DNA of 64,000 nucleotides from Octopus vulgaris (Eukaryota): NCBI GenBank assembly GCA_951406725.2, contig OX597815.1, positions 177,134,001 to 177,198,000 of the forward strand, read 5' to 3'. Shown piece by piece: positions 1 to 10,400 of this stretch (position 1 is its first letter; each line of letters starts with the position of its first letter). The notes under the pieces were generated by a model. It saw only the letters and a program-made list of their open reading frames with translations, ran no database searches and was not told where the DNA came from. The position numbers and the translations under genes were made by a program.

Positions 1-11
1 TAGCAACAATA

Positions 12-182
12 ATCCTTTCTATTATAAGCACAAAATCTGTAATTTTGGGGGCGGGAACAAGTCGATTACATCGATTCCAGCGTTTCACTAGTACTTAAAT
101 GATCCTCTCCGAAAGGATGAAAAGTAAAGTCGACCTCGGGGCAATTTGAACTCAGGATGTAAAGACGGACGGAATGTCGCTA
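12..182 (-). mobile_element. tRNA-derived SINE (family A), diverged fragment
   Basis: Antisense match to the repeated body gtcgactttgcctttcatcctttcgg...agtaccag found in full copies such as 1984-2213. Confidence 0.8.
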
Positions 183-199
183 GACAGCATCATTATTTT

Positions 200-470
200 T
201 GATTTGACTCAATTTCGGTCTTCTTCCTGGCAGGATTTATGTGGGTAGCACATTTCTCCCTGCAACTTTAGGTATTCACTAGCTTTCAGCAGTTTTTCAG
301 GTGCTTTCAACATCCCTGATAGTCTTTCTTGTCCCTAAGAGGCAAACGTTCTGAAGGAGTTCTACTTGACAGTATATTCGAATCGCCTTCAACCATTTGT
401 CTTTATCTTTGCTTACAATCCCTAATGCACCAGTTATTATAGGTACAATCTTTGCACTTTACGTATTCCA
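200..470 (-). mobile_element. R4/Dong-like LINE 3' fragment (C-terminus of the restriction-like endonuclease)
   Basis: Minus strand reads KIVPIITGALGIVSK...ELLQNVCLLGTRKTIR, matching the VPIVIGALG...LQKAxLLGT motif; flanked by TAT/TAA-rich tracts. Confidence 0.75.
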
Positions 471-529
471 AATTATCATTACTATATTATTAATATTATT
501 GTTATTATTTTCAATCTGCGTGTTTGTTA

Positions 530-2480
530 CAATCACTTGCCGAGACACACCCAGCGTCCTAAGGCAAGTGAAGGATAAGAGATGCTACATTATGATTGAA
601 AGCTTGAGGAGTTGAAGTGGAAGAGGCAGTAGCGAAATATCTTCATGTAATACAACACAGACATCTAAATTAGTAGGGTTTTTCTAAGGATGTGAGCAGT
701 ACTTGTCAGCACAAGCTTGTGGATTCTCTGAAACATGGGTCTCCTGGGATGTTATCCAGATGGTTCTGACATCCCTGTTTTTAATCATACCTAGGGCACC
801 TAAAATAACAAGAACAGTTCTCATTTTAAGGTGCCAAATCTTTTTTCCCGCCTTGAATAATTATGTCTGGTCTATTAGCCCCGACCGGTATTGACAGGAA
901 AATCGCAGAGCATATCGATATTTTTACCTGAGCTAGTCGTTGAAGGTAAAAATATGACTATGCTCTGTGAAATGGTGTTTTTTTTTACCGCAATTTCGAT
1001 TTTACACTTAAGCCTTCCTGTTTGGCTTTTCTTTTACACTTTTTGCTGCATTAGAGGGTGGTGTGTCCTCCTTATCTTCATCATAATCATTCGATTTGAA
1101 CAACTTGCTGCACTTGTAAAAATTGTTTGTTGTTTCTTTTCTCAAGTCTTTGAATTCTTTGAGCTTTAGCGTAAACTTTTTATTTCTGCATTTCTTTTGT
1201 TGGTATCTCTTCTTTAGATGAAAATCCATATTTTCTCTTCATCTTTCTTCCTATTCTGGATCTTACAGCGGTTCTACAGTTCCTTTAGTATTGATAATTA
1301 CCCTCTCATTAATTCAATCCCTTTTTCAATTTTACTTTTCCAAATGAGATTTCTTCTCAAGTTTTTTTTTTTTTTTTTGCCACAGGCACACAACTGGGTT
1401 CAAGTGCATTAGTAAATGCGTAATTAATTTTACTTAACTCAGTAAGGTCAGGTTTTAATTCTTGTACGATATCTTTTGTTACATAGATGCCAATTTTAAT
1501 TATTTAGGTTTGCATTTCAGAGTTTATGAAGTGGTTTTCTACCATTCATACCTTTATGTCTTACAACTTCAAGGTCCTTCAGAATTTTCAGCTTATATCT
1601 CTCATAGATTCTCTTTAGCAAATGTATATTCTTCAAATACTGTTTCTTACTCACTTTCCTGTCTATCTTTATTACGTTAATTAGAATTCCTTGTTTCTTC
1701 AGGCCTTTGCTTGATTTTGTCAGATGATAGTGTTTCAATTAAGACTCGGAGCCGGCTACTCTATTCTCCTGATTTTGCTTCCTCTCTTATTTTCCACTCT
1801 CTGTTTGATCGCCATTATTTTAGCATCTGTGAGTCTTATTTCGGAAGATATCCTTCCTAACATTTGCTCTCTTGTTCTTTATCTAGATATAGTCTGCTGC
1901 CTTGATTTAATGTTCTTTGTATTTTGTAATAGTTTGTCGTGTCTCTCGAGATGGTTTACCTAATGTATAATAATAAGCGTATAAGGCGGCGAGCTGACAA
2001 CGTTAGCACACCGGGCGAAATGCGTAACCGTATTTCGTCTGCCGTTACGTTCTGAGTTCAAATCACGCCGAGGTCGACTTTGCCTTTCATCCTTTCGGGG
2101 CTGATAAATTAAGTACCAGTTACGCACTGGGGTCGATGTAATTGACTAAATCCGTTTGTCTGTCCTTGTTTGTCCTCTCTATGTTTAGCCCCTCGTGGGT
2201 AGTAAAGAAATACTATAATAATAAGCGTATATTACTTCTTAATACTCTTTGCGAGTCCTTTCGATACATTTATACTTTTCTTTTCGTGATGGTTGTGATG
2301 GTGAACATGGAGGGCTCAATTTGGGGCAGTTCCTGTTCAAGTGACTATTCACGTTTGTATTTGAAGAAAATTTTTTGTCACTGGATGGTTTTTCGAGCTC
2401 AGGCTTGCTCCCTTCTAAGGGACCCTCAACCATAGGCAAAGCGATTTGGCATACTCTTAGTTTTGTTTCAAAAAACATGT
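530..2480 (-). mobile_element. Internally deleted R4/Dong-like LINE: N-terminal region joined to the endonuclease C-terminus, RT missing
   Basis: Broken minus-strand ORF: EVIYAYY, WKSKIEKGIELMRG*LSILKEL, KVYAKAQRIQRLEK (N-terminal motifs), then NRPDIII...IWHLK..VLVILGALGMI...STAHILRKTL at 680-926; (TAT)n at the 5' end; interrupted by a SINE. Confidence 0.7.
1984..2213 (+). mobile_element. Full-length SINE family A (tRNA-like head, Nin-domain-like body) with 18-bp TSD
   Basis: TSD tataataataagcgtata at 1966-1983 and 2214-2231; B-box-like gagttcaaat. Confidence 0.92.
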
Positions 2481-2507
2481 TTTTGCTACATTATTATTAT
2501 TATTATT

Positions 2508-2640
2508 GCAGCGTGGAAGGTGTTTATAAGCCATTTAAGAAACACACAAAAACCGTTAGATTCACTTCAACATTTAAATTTAATTTGTCAAAATATTTCC
2601 GTCGCTTTGGGACCGCGACCTGTTCACTGACAAAACTCCG
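2508..2640 (-). mobile_element. Short PLE-terminal-like repeat with HHR-like fold (2584-2634), inserted in (TAT)n
   Basis: Homologous to both arms of 13490-13780; minus strand TTTGTCA-GTGAACA-G-GTCGC..GCGAC-GGAA-ATAT-TT-TGACAAA. Confidence 0.6.
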
Positions 2641-3148
2641 TAATTATTATTATTATTATTATTATTATTGTTGTGTCCTTATTCATTGTTACCATCATTG
2701 TTATTGTCGTTACTAATGCTATCATTATTCCTCTAGAGTAGCTGTGGCCACCGCTGACGGCCATTGTTATTGTTGTTGTTTTTGTCCTTGTGGTTACGTT
2801 CTGTGGCTGTGGCAACAGTTTAGTTGCCATCATTTTCTTTGTTTTTCATTGTTGTTCATGGGAAATGGCAAGGTTAAGCTTTCTGGCTTCGCTCCTACCA
2901 TTGTGTAGCAGTATTAAATGTTACTAGCTACACTTCATGCCTTGTCTTTCAGGGATAGGAGGAAGCGACACAATCGGGCGGAAACACAGGTATCACTAGT
3001 CTATAAATATATTCAATAAATGCTGACAAGCAACCAACACAGGAGTAGTTATACCATGTGGTCAGCAAAGGTCAAAATATGTTTACTACCGCTATGATTG
3101 GTGAGAGATGGAATACTTCGAAGAGAACTAATATACCCCGTCCTCTTT

Positions 3149-3192
<44 letters not shown>

Positions 3193-3570
3193 CGTTGACT
3201 TTTTAGTGGGGAAATATTAAATGAATTTTCGTAATTGTGGAGTTTGTTAATTAATACGTTTATCTTCTGCGTTCGCTGACAGTTCTGGAGTTTCTGGACT
3301 GTTTTCAGAGTTTGTAATTTTAGAGGGGCTTCCATTTATCATTGATATGAAAGACGGATATTTGCGTGTTGGAAAAGCTAGAAGGAAGTAAGAAACTATG
3401 TAATCACAGAGAGGCGCTTATTTTGAAGTTGCTTTTGAAGGTGCGTTTGTGTTCGTTCTGCTGCTAGAACAAAAAATAATCAAACATTCACAGATTGTAG
3501 CTATTCAACTCCCTCTCTCTACCAGATCGAGTACATTTTTTTAATTGAACTTTCTATCACAGGACAGTGC

Positions 3571-3610
<40 letters not shown>

Positions 3611-3620
<10 letters not shown>

Positions 3621-3746
3621 TATAGAAGGAGCTTCTACAGGACTAGAACTGTTTCATTCAAGAGAAATCATCAGGAAGCTTCCTGATGATTTCTCTTGAA
3701 TGAAACAGTTCTAGTCCTGTAGAAGCTCCTTCTATATAATAAATTA
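3611..3746. repeat. Perfect 136-bp palindrome centred on AAGCTT, next to (TA)n
   Basis: Arms are exact reverse complements about 3678/3679. Confidence 0.95.
3677..3727 (+). ncRNA. Type I hammerhead ribozyme (mirror copy on the minus strand at 3630-3680)
   Basis: AGCTTC-CTGATGA-tTTCtcttGAAt-GAAA-CAGttctagtcCTG-TA-GAAGCT: 6-bp stem I, intact core, stem III, GUA triplet. Confidence 0.75.
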
Positions 3747-4791
3747 ATTTTACTCTGCTATGTATTGAGTACCTTATTTACTGTGGTTAACCCCGAATCA
3801 ACCCGGGACCTACATATATATATATATATATATAAACATACATACATACCTACAGATAAGTAGATGGTTGATAGAAACTCGTAATCATGATTTATAGTAT
3901 TCTGTTTACATACAGTAAATATACATCAATGCCACAGGTTTGCTTGGAAGATGTAATGAATATGTACAATGAAAAGGACGCTGAAACACGTGTACACACA
4001 CACACGCCCATCATTGTTACATTGATCGGTCTATTAGTTCACTGAATGAATGAGGGCGGTTGGAATAAATGTGCTTGTAAGTAAAATAAATGCAAAGTTA
4101 TTGATATTTGTGAAGTGTAGCGTTGTGTTTTAGGCAAATATATGGCATTAATTAATAGTTGATTATATCTCATATGTAGTGTGGTAAGGTTAATTATTGA
4201 AGTGCCATTAATCAGAATTCTGGAGCATGCCACTTCATTCACACACACACACACACACACACTCGTACATATATATATAATGTATGTATTTATGAATGTA
4301 TGTATGTGTGTATGCAAGCTGTTGTGTAATACATAATTTCAAATGTAATTGATATAGAGAAACATCGGATAATTTAAGGGAATATTTAATGAGGTGTGGT
4401 AGCGGGATGCACTTAGATAATGAGTGTATTATAAATGCGTTTATAATTTGCGTTTATATGAATATTTGATGCATTCAAGTTGGTTATCTGTACATTTACG
4501 TGTAGATGTTACTTGATGTGAATTGTGTAAAAAAAAATGTGAATATATCGAATTTGGCATTTAAATGATTAATGTAAAATATAAGCTGGATACTTGTGAA
4601 TTCAAAGTTTAATTAAATGCGAGTTGGATATATGTAACATACGTGTTAGATTAAAAGGGAAATATAGGTAATACAAAGACAAGTAACATATAAAATGTGA
4701 TTAGAGGAGATTATCTCTTTCAGTGAATAAATTCATCATCAAGAATTATTCAGATTTGAAAGAAGATTGGCAGACTTTACATCATCAATCT

Positions 4792-4880
4792 TTTACTTGT
4801 TTCATTCATTAGAGAGCGGCCATGCTGAAGTATTGCCTTGGTTAATCTTACACGAACGAATCGACCCCAGTACTTATTTA
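4792..4880 (-). mobile_element. SINE family B 3' fragment
   Basis: ttacttgtttca...gcggccatgctg...atcgaccccagtactt; the gcggccatgctg motif recurs at ~22310-22350 and antisense at ~41950-41990. Confidence 0.6.
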
Positions 4881-4902
4881 AAAAGAAATTAATCTTCGGA
4901 CA

Positions 4903-5063
4903 TATTCTTTTCTACTCTAGGCACAAGGCCCAAATTTTTTGGAAAGGGTCCTAGTTGACTAGATCGACCCCCAGTACGCAGCTGCGAACTGGGGTTGATC
5001 TAATCGACTGCTCCCCCTACTTCTAAAATTTCAGGCCTTGTGCCTATAGTAGAAACGATTATT
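4903..5063. mobile_element. Two SINE family A 3' halves in inverted orientation
   Basis: tctactctaggcacaaggcc...cccagtacgca|gctgcgaactgggg...ggccttgtgcctatagtaga; centre ~4982. Confidence 0.75.
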
Positions 5064-5064
5064 A

Positions 5065-5450
5065 AAGGCGGTGAGCTAGCAGTATCGTTAGCACGCCGGG
5101 CGAAATGCTTAGCGGTATTTCGTCTGCCGCGACGTTCTGAGTTCAAATTCCGCCGAGGTCGACTTTGCCTTTCATCCTTTCGGGGTCGATAAATTAAGTA
5201 CCAGTTACGCACTGGGGTCGATGTAATCGACTTAATCCGTGCGTCTGTCCTTGTTTGTCCCCTCTGTGTTTATCCCATTGTGGGTAATAAAGAAATAGGT
5301 ATTTTGTCTGCCGCTACGTTCTGAGTTCAAATTCCGCCGAGATCGACTTTGCCTTTCATCCTTTCGGGGTCGAAAATAAGGTACCAGTTTCGCACTGAGG
5401 TCGATGTAATCGACCGTTTGTCTGTCCTTGTTTGTTCCCTCTGTGTTTAG
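5065..5450 (+). mobile_element. Dimeric SINE family A
   Basis: Full unit followed by a headless second unit joined at gaaataggtattt (~5297). Confidence 0.9.
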
Positions 5451-5570
5451 TAATGTATGTTATAAAGGAGACATTGAAGCTCTCTAATTGAGTTTTACTG
5501 TTCTGTACCCTACATATTCCGATGTGTGTGTGTGTGTGTGTCTAAGAGCGTGCATGTGTGTGTGTTTAAC

Positions 5571-5765
5571 GTGCGTAGCTTGTGGTTAGAATATTCAGCT
5601 CACGATCGTAAGGTTGTGAGTTCGATTCCGGTGAAGCGCCGTGTCCTTGAGCTAGACAACCTATATCATGTTGCTCTAGTTCACTCCGCTGAAAAAATGA
5701 GTTGTCCCAGTAAAACAAAGGGGTTAACCTTGTCATATTCTGTGTCATATTGAATCTCCCAGACA
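5571..5765 (+). mobile_element. tRNA-derived SINE with CORE-like segment
   Basis: tRNA-like head gtggttaga...ggttgtgagttcgattcc followed by gtgtccttgagc. Confidence 0.7.
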
Positions 5766-5978
5766 ACAGCCTTGTCTCCTTTATGCATTGAGGTGAATGG
5801 ACTTTCTAAGGGATTGTGATTCACGTTTAACTTCTTGTGGATCTAACTGTTATCGCTACAGAGAAATCAGGAAAGTGACGAAAATACATTTTTATGGTGA
5901 GTTTAGGACAACCACTACAAGATTGATTTCTGCCTTGGGTTTTAAGTAGGGTACTCTATCTCAAAGTTCTGCCAGTAA

Positions 5979-6209
5979 CAAATAATCTTTTCTACTCAAG
6001 GCATAAGGTCCGAAATTTTTTTTTTTTTGGGGGGGGAGCAGTCGATTAGATATACTTCAGTACGCAACAGGTACTTAATTTATCGACCCCGAAACGATGA
6101 AAGGCAAAGTCGACCTTGGCGGAATTTGAGCTCAGAACGTAACGGCTGACGAAATACGGCTATGCATTTCGCCCGGCGTGCTAACGTTTCTGCCAGCTCG
6201 CCGCCTTAG
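5979..6209 (-). mobile_element. SINE family A (alternative tail) with 9-bp TSD
   Basis: TSD tgccagtaa at 5970-5978 and 6210-6218. Confidence 0.88.
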
Positions 6210-6264
6210 TGCCAGTAAGAATCACTCTGCCAATCAGTCGTGCGAACAGGTTGAAATAAGAAGT

Positions 6265-6643
6265 GTGGAAGCACTCCGTCGGTTACGACGACGGGGGTTC
6301 CGGTTGATCCGAATCAACGGAACAGCCTGCTCGTGAAATTAACGGCTGAGTACTCCACAGACACGTGTACCCTTAACGTAGTTCTGGGGGATATTCAGCG
6401 TGACACAGAGAGTGACAAGGCCGGCCCTTTGAAATACAGGTACAACAGAAACAGGAAGTAAGAGTGAGAGAAAGTTGTGGTGAAAGAGTACAGCAGGTTT
6501 CACCACCATCCCCTGCCGGAGCCTCGTGGAGCTTTAGGTGTTTTCACTCAATAAACACTCACAACGCCCGGTCTGGGAATCGAAACCGCGATCCTATGAC
6601 CGCGAGTCCGCTGCCCTAACCACTGGGCCATTGCGCCTCCACC
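6265..6643 (-). mobile_element. tRNA-derived SINE family C with 12-bp TSD
   Basis: Minus-strand head ggaggcgcaatggcccagtggttagggcagcggactcgcggtc...ggtttcgattccc; TSD gaaataagaagt at 6253-6264 and 6644-6655. Confidence 0.9.
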
Positions 6644-7254
6644 GAAATAAGAAGTACCGCATGTCCAAATATGTATTATTTTTTATTTTTTTTGTAAGTG
6701 GTCAATTAAAAATGCATAGGAACCACTTATATTATAAAATAGTTAGTAATCGGATTCCCATTAGGGAATGATCAAAGCATCATACATCAGGTGGTACTAT
6801 TAAGGTAGACATGTCATGGGGCAAACCTTGTCCGAAACATATCTGAGTTACCAAAGTTACTAATAAAACGATAATTTCCTGTAAAACAGTAGGAGACGAT
6901 TGAACACATAGGATAGTGTATGTTATAATTTGGCGATGGAGTTTAACACTTAAAATGATTAATGTAAAATTACGGGTGAATATCATAATGGTTTCTTAAT
7001 GAGTCGTATCGGAAAAGGTCAAGGGTAAATGAGAATTAGAGGCATCTTGAATTTAAATACGACATGAGGAGTGGAAGGATAATTGCATGAATACTAAATA
7101 GGAATTATGTTGGAAAATTAATCAGATGTTTTGCTAATATATTACAAGATAAATGTTATTTCAAAGTTGTAAATTAGTAAATTCTCTCTCTTCTATGTCT
7201 GGCTTCCATTTCAGACACACACACACAGACAGACATATATATTTATATGTATGT

Positions 7255-7425
7255 ATTGTTATATTTTGGGACGGTCATTTTTTGTTGCCAAATAAACACA
7301 GGCACTCTGTATTCGTTTGTCACTTGTTTATTATCGTTTTCTTTTTAATTATGTCAGTTGTCTGGAAATCTTTCATCACACATCTTGTGATCTATCCAGC
7401 GACTGTCCATCCAACGTGTCTTCTC
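7255..7425 (-). mobile_element. Short PLE-terminal-like repeat, same family as 14170-14400, with degenerate HHR
   Basis: Reverse complement shares ATCACA..TGTGAT-GAAAG, agtgcctgtgttt and aaaatgacc blocks with the 14.2-kb copy. Confidence 0.55.
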
Positions 7426-7446
7426 ATATATATATATATATATATA

Positions 7447-7956
7447 TCTATATATATAAAACTGTAGTTGTGTGAGTGTCTGTCCCCTTCGATTTAGATT
7501 CCTAACTACTCCCACATTTTGCGGTGCAGTTTAACCAAATTCGGGTATCATAGTCGTGATTCATATCGAGCCCGTCTGAGTATTAGCGCGCGTCTACGAT
7601 GAGTCTACGATTTTAAAAATAATTTAACATCATTTTTTATTCCATTGAAATGCATAATTTTTCGTGTGTCGATGGCGGCGGAGTTGGCGTCCATGGTCAC
7701 ACCTGCACCTGTTTGCTTCTTCCCCTTCTTCCCTCCCTCGTGAAGCTGTGGGGAAGGGAGTGTAAGGAAAACAACGTCGTAAAGCGTTTTCAAGGAGACC
7801 AGCGTTCTTTTAGAACAACGACTTCATGGCTTGAAGACACCAAAACAGAAATGGCTAAGAAAGCCCGAATTGGCATCTATAAGGGAAGTAACTCTCTAAA
7901 AATGCTTATATAGTTATTTCCCTTACAAACCCGAGCAACGCCGGGCGATACTGCTA

Positions 7957-7957
<1 letters not shown>
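7447..7957 (+). mobile_element. Non-autonomous Helitron
   Basis: A|TC start, 3' hairpin cccgagcaacgccggg, then CTAG|T; no TSD; inserted in (TA)n. Confidence 0.85.
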
Positions 7958-7989
<32 letters not shown>

Positions 7990-7990
<1 letters not shown>

Positions 7991-8287
7991 TAGCAGTATC
8001 GCCCGGCGTTGCTCGGGTTTGTAAGGGAAATAACTATATAAGCATTTTTAGAGAGTTACTTCCCTTATATAATAGCAAAAAATGCATTAAAAATGGGAAA
8101 AAATGATGGTAAATTCTTTTTAAAATCGTAGACTCAACGTAGACGCGCGCTAATACCCAGAAGGGCTCGATATGAATCACGACTATAAGATACCCGCTTT
8201 TGGTTAAACTGCACCGCAAAATGTGGGAGTAGTTAGGAATCTAAATCGTAGGAGACAGACACACAACTTCACTTTTATATATAAAGA
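7990..8287 (-). mobile_element. Non-autonomous Helitron, shorter copy of the same family
   Basis: Same termini on the minus strand (A|TC...hairpin CTAG|T); lacks the ~215-bp GC-richer internal block of the left copy. Confidence 0.85.
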
Positions 8288-8290
8288 TGT

Positions 8291-8678
8291 AAAGGCAGCG
8301 AGCTGGCAGATACGTTAGCGCGCCGGGCGAAATGCTTAGCGGTATTTCGTCTGCCGTTACGTTCTGAGTTCAAATTTCGCCGAGGTCGAATTTGCCTTTC
8401 ATCCTTTCGGGGTCGATTAAGTAAGTACCAGTTACTCACTGGGGTCAATATGATCGACTTAATCCGTTTGTCTGTTCTTGTTTGTCCCCCTCTATGTTTA
8501 GCCCATTGTGGGTAGTAAAGAAATAGGTAATTCGTCTGCCCTTACGTTCTGAGTTCAAATCCCGCCGAGGTCGACTTTGCCCTTCATCCAATACATAAGG
8601 TACCAGTTAGGCACTGGGGTCGATGTAATCGAGTTAATCCCTTTGTCTGTCCTTGTTTGTCCCCTCTATGTTTAGCCC
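8291..8678 (+). mobile_element. Dimeric SINE family A
   Basis: Same dimer junction (gaaataggtaattcgtctgcc, ~8526) as 5065-5450. Confidence 0.9.
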
Positions 8679-8712
8679 GCACACACAGAGGTGTGTGTAT
8701 GTGTGTGTGTGA

Positions 8713-8835
8713 CGGCGTGTGGCTTAGTGTAAGGTGCTGAGTTCTATTGCCGGCTGTGCGTTGTGTCCTTGAGCAAGTAGTTTTACTTCACGTTGGCCCA
8801 GTCCATTCAGCTGGCAATGAAGAGTAGTACCTGTT
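8713..8835 (+). mobile_element. Deleted tRNA/CORE-like SINE fragment
   Basis: ggcgtgtggcttagtg...tgtgtccttgagcaag...ccagtccattcagctggc. Confidence 0.6.
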
Positions 8836-8879
8836 TCTCTGTATTGCGTTGTGTGTATGTGTTTGTATCTGTGTGATTG

Positions 8880-9215
8880 ATCGTTTTGACGCTAAACGTG
8901 ACACGTTAAAAGTAACCTGGACAAAACTTCTAAAGAAGGAGAGATTACTCGGGCTGTGGTAAATAGGAAACCCCTTCGTGAGATAAGAGCCAAGCAACTG
9001 AGATTTGATGGTCATGCAATGAGGAAGAGGGCCTGGAGAATTTAGTGATAACCAGAAAGATTGAATGCAAAAGATGCCGAGAAAAGAGAAGGATGATATG
9101 GATGTAAATCTTGAGGAATTGGTTGGAAGAGAGAGGTATTTAATATCAGGAAGAAATGGAACTGTGAGACAAAACGAAGAACAGAGAATTGTCGTAGAAT
9201 ACGATCGCCTATATT
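8880..9215 (+). mobile_element. RTE-clade LINE 3' end
   Basis: Frameshifted LKVTWTK...REIRAKQLRFDGHAMRK.GLENLVITRKIECKRCREKRRMIW, matching the RTE C-terminal RQLRFxGHxMR...GKIEGKRxRGR motif. Confidence 0.8.
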
Positions 9216-9684
9216 TTATATTTTGGACATGAGACTTAAATGAATTAATGTTACGAAGTGTAATCTAGATGTTCCATAGAGATACTCTTAAATCCATATA
9301 GAAGTGGAGGTGTTTCTCGCTGGTTGGTAAAAATAATGTGTCTAAGAGCATGTGCGAACAAATTTGAGTAATGAAATATTTCCAAAACATAAATGAAGAG
9401 AGTAAAATATTGGAAATAATTTTATGAGAAACTATACTGAAGACTAGAAACTAACTTATTAGATTAGGTTCGTAAAACATAAAATCTAGGTAAAATTGAG
9501 AAGTTACTGATCTAACTGCAACGAATAAAATATTATAGGTTGCATGAACTTATGACGTAAAACTTAGCTGCGTTTATGATATTTTTATATTGGTTTTTAT
9601 GTTCCGCAAGTCGTAGGAAATCCAGCATTCTAGAAATTACTGATCACGTTAGTAATATCCGATCAGAATATTTGATCTTGTGAT

Positions 9685-10400
9685 TCATAATTTGAGAATT
9701 GTTAATACTTTTAAATATGAGACATTTTTCAGCTGTACAGAATTTGCATCTTTCAATCCAATTCGTTCATGTTCCACATTGGTGAAATATTTTCCACCCG
9801 ATATCAGATTTGATATTACGTTCTTTGAAATTCCATATTCGTTTAGAAAATTTGTAACATTTCTCTTTTCTAAATACCTAAAAGTGAGGTACACATGTTT
9901 AGATTTGTCTTCTATATTGACTATATTGCTTGTACATGTTACGGTTCTGTTCAGTGGAGGCGAGTTTTAGTTTATATATAAGCATTCCAACGTTATACAG
10001 CTGCTGGCCGAGGGTTATGTTTCTGCATATAGAGTTACCCTTGGTTAATTCGTTAGTTTGTGAGATGCTTATGTAAATTTTTTCTGCTAGATTCTTTTTT
10101 ACAGAATATTTGGTTTGGGAAATGCTTATGGGCATTGCAAATTTCCAGCGATATTAAACTTCACATTGAATGAAAACTGAAGTTGAGACCAAATCCTGTT
10201 GCTGCAGCTCTTCCTAAGTCTAGATTACTGATTTCTGTCTTGATAACATTAACTGGATTACTAAGCAGTGTTTATTTGTATATTAAACATTTATTCTTCA
10301 TATTTTTGCTCATGCGTATCTTAAACATTCATGCACAAATTTATAAATACATATGGCAAAGTTCCCAGCTCCCTCAAGTTGTATAGGTAATAAAGTGCAA
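9685..10400 (-). pseudogene. Frameshifted coding relic, possibly aerolysin/ETX-MTX2-like
   Basis: Tracked ORFs 9899-10135 and 9685-9894 join by single frameshifts with upstream TEISNLDLGRAAATGFGLNFSF/SFNVKFNIAGNLQ; alternating polar/hydrophobic Ser/Thr-rich pattern. Confidence 0.3.

Noticed and set aside
6560-6643. tRNA gene-like sequence (also ~5571, 18066-18101, 57410-57491, 57850-57909)
   Set aside because: These are heads of SINEs continuous with SINE bodies and TSDs; no complete cloverleaf or terminator
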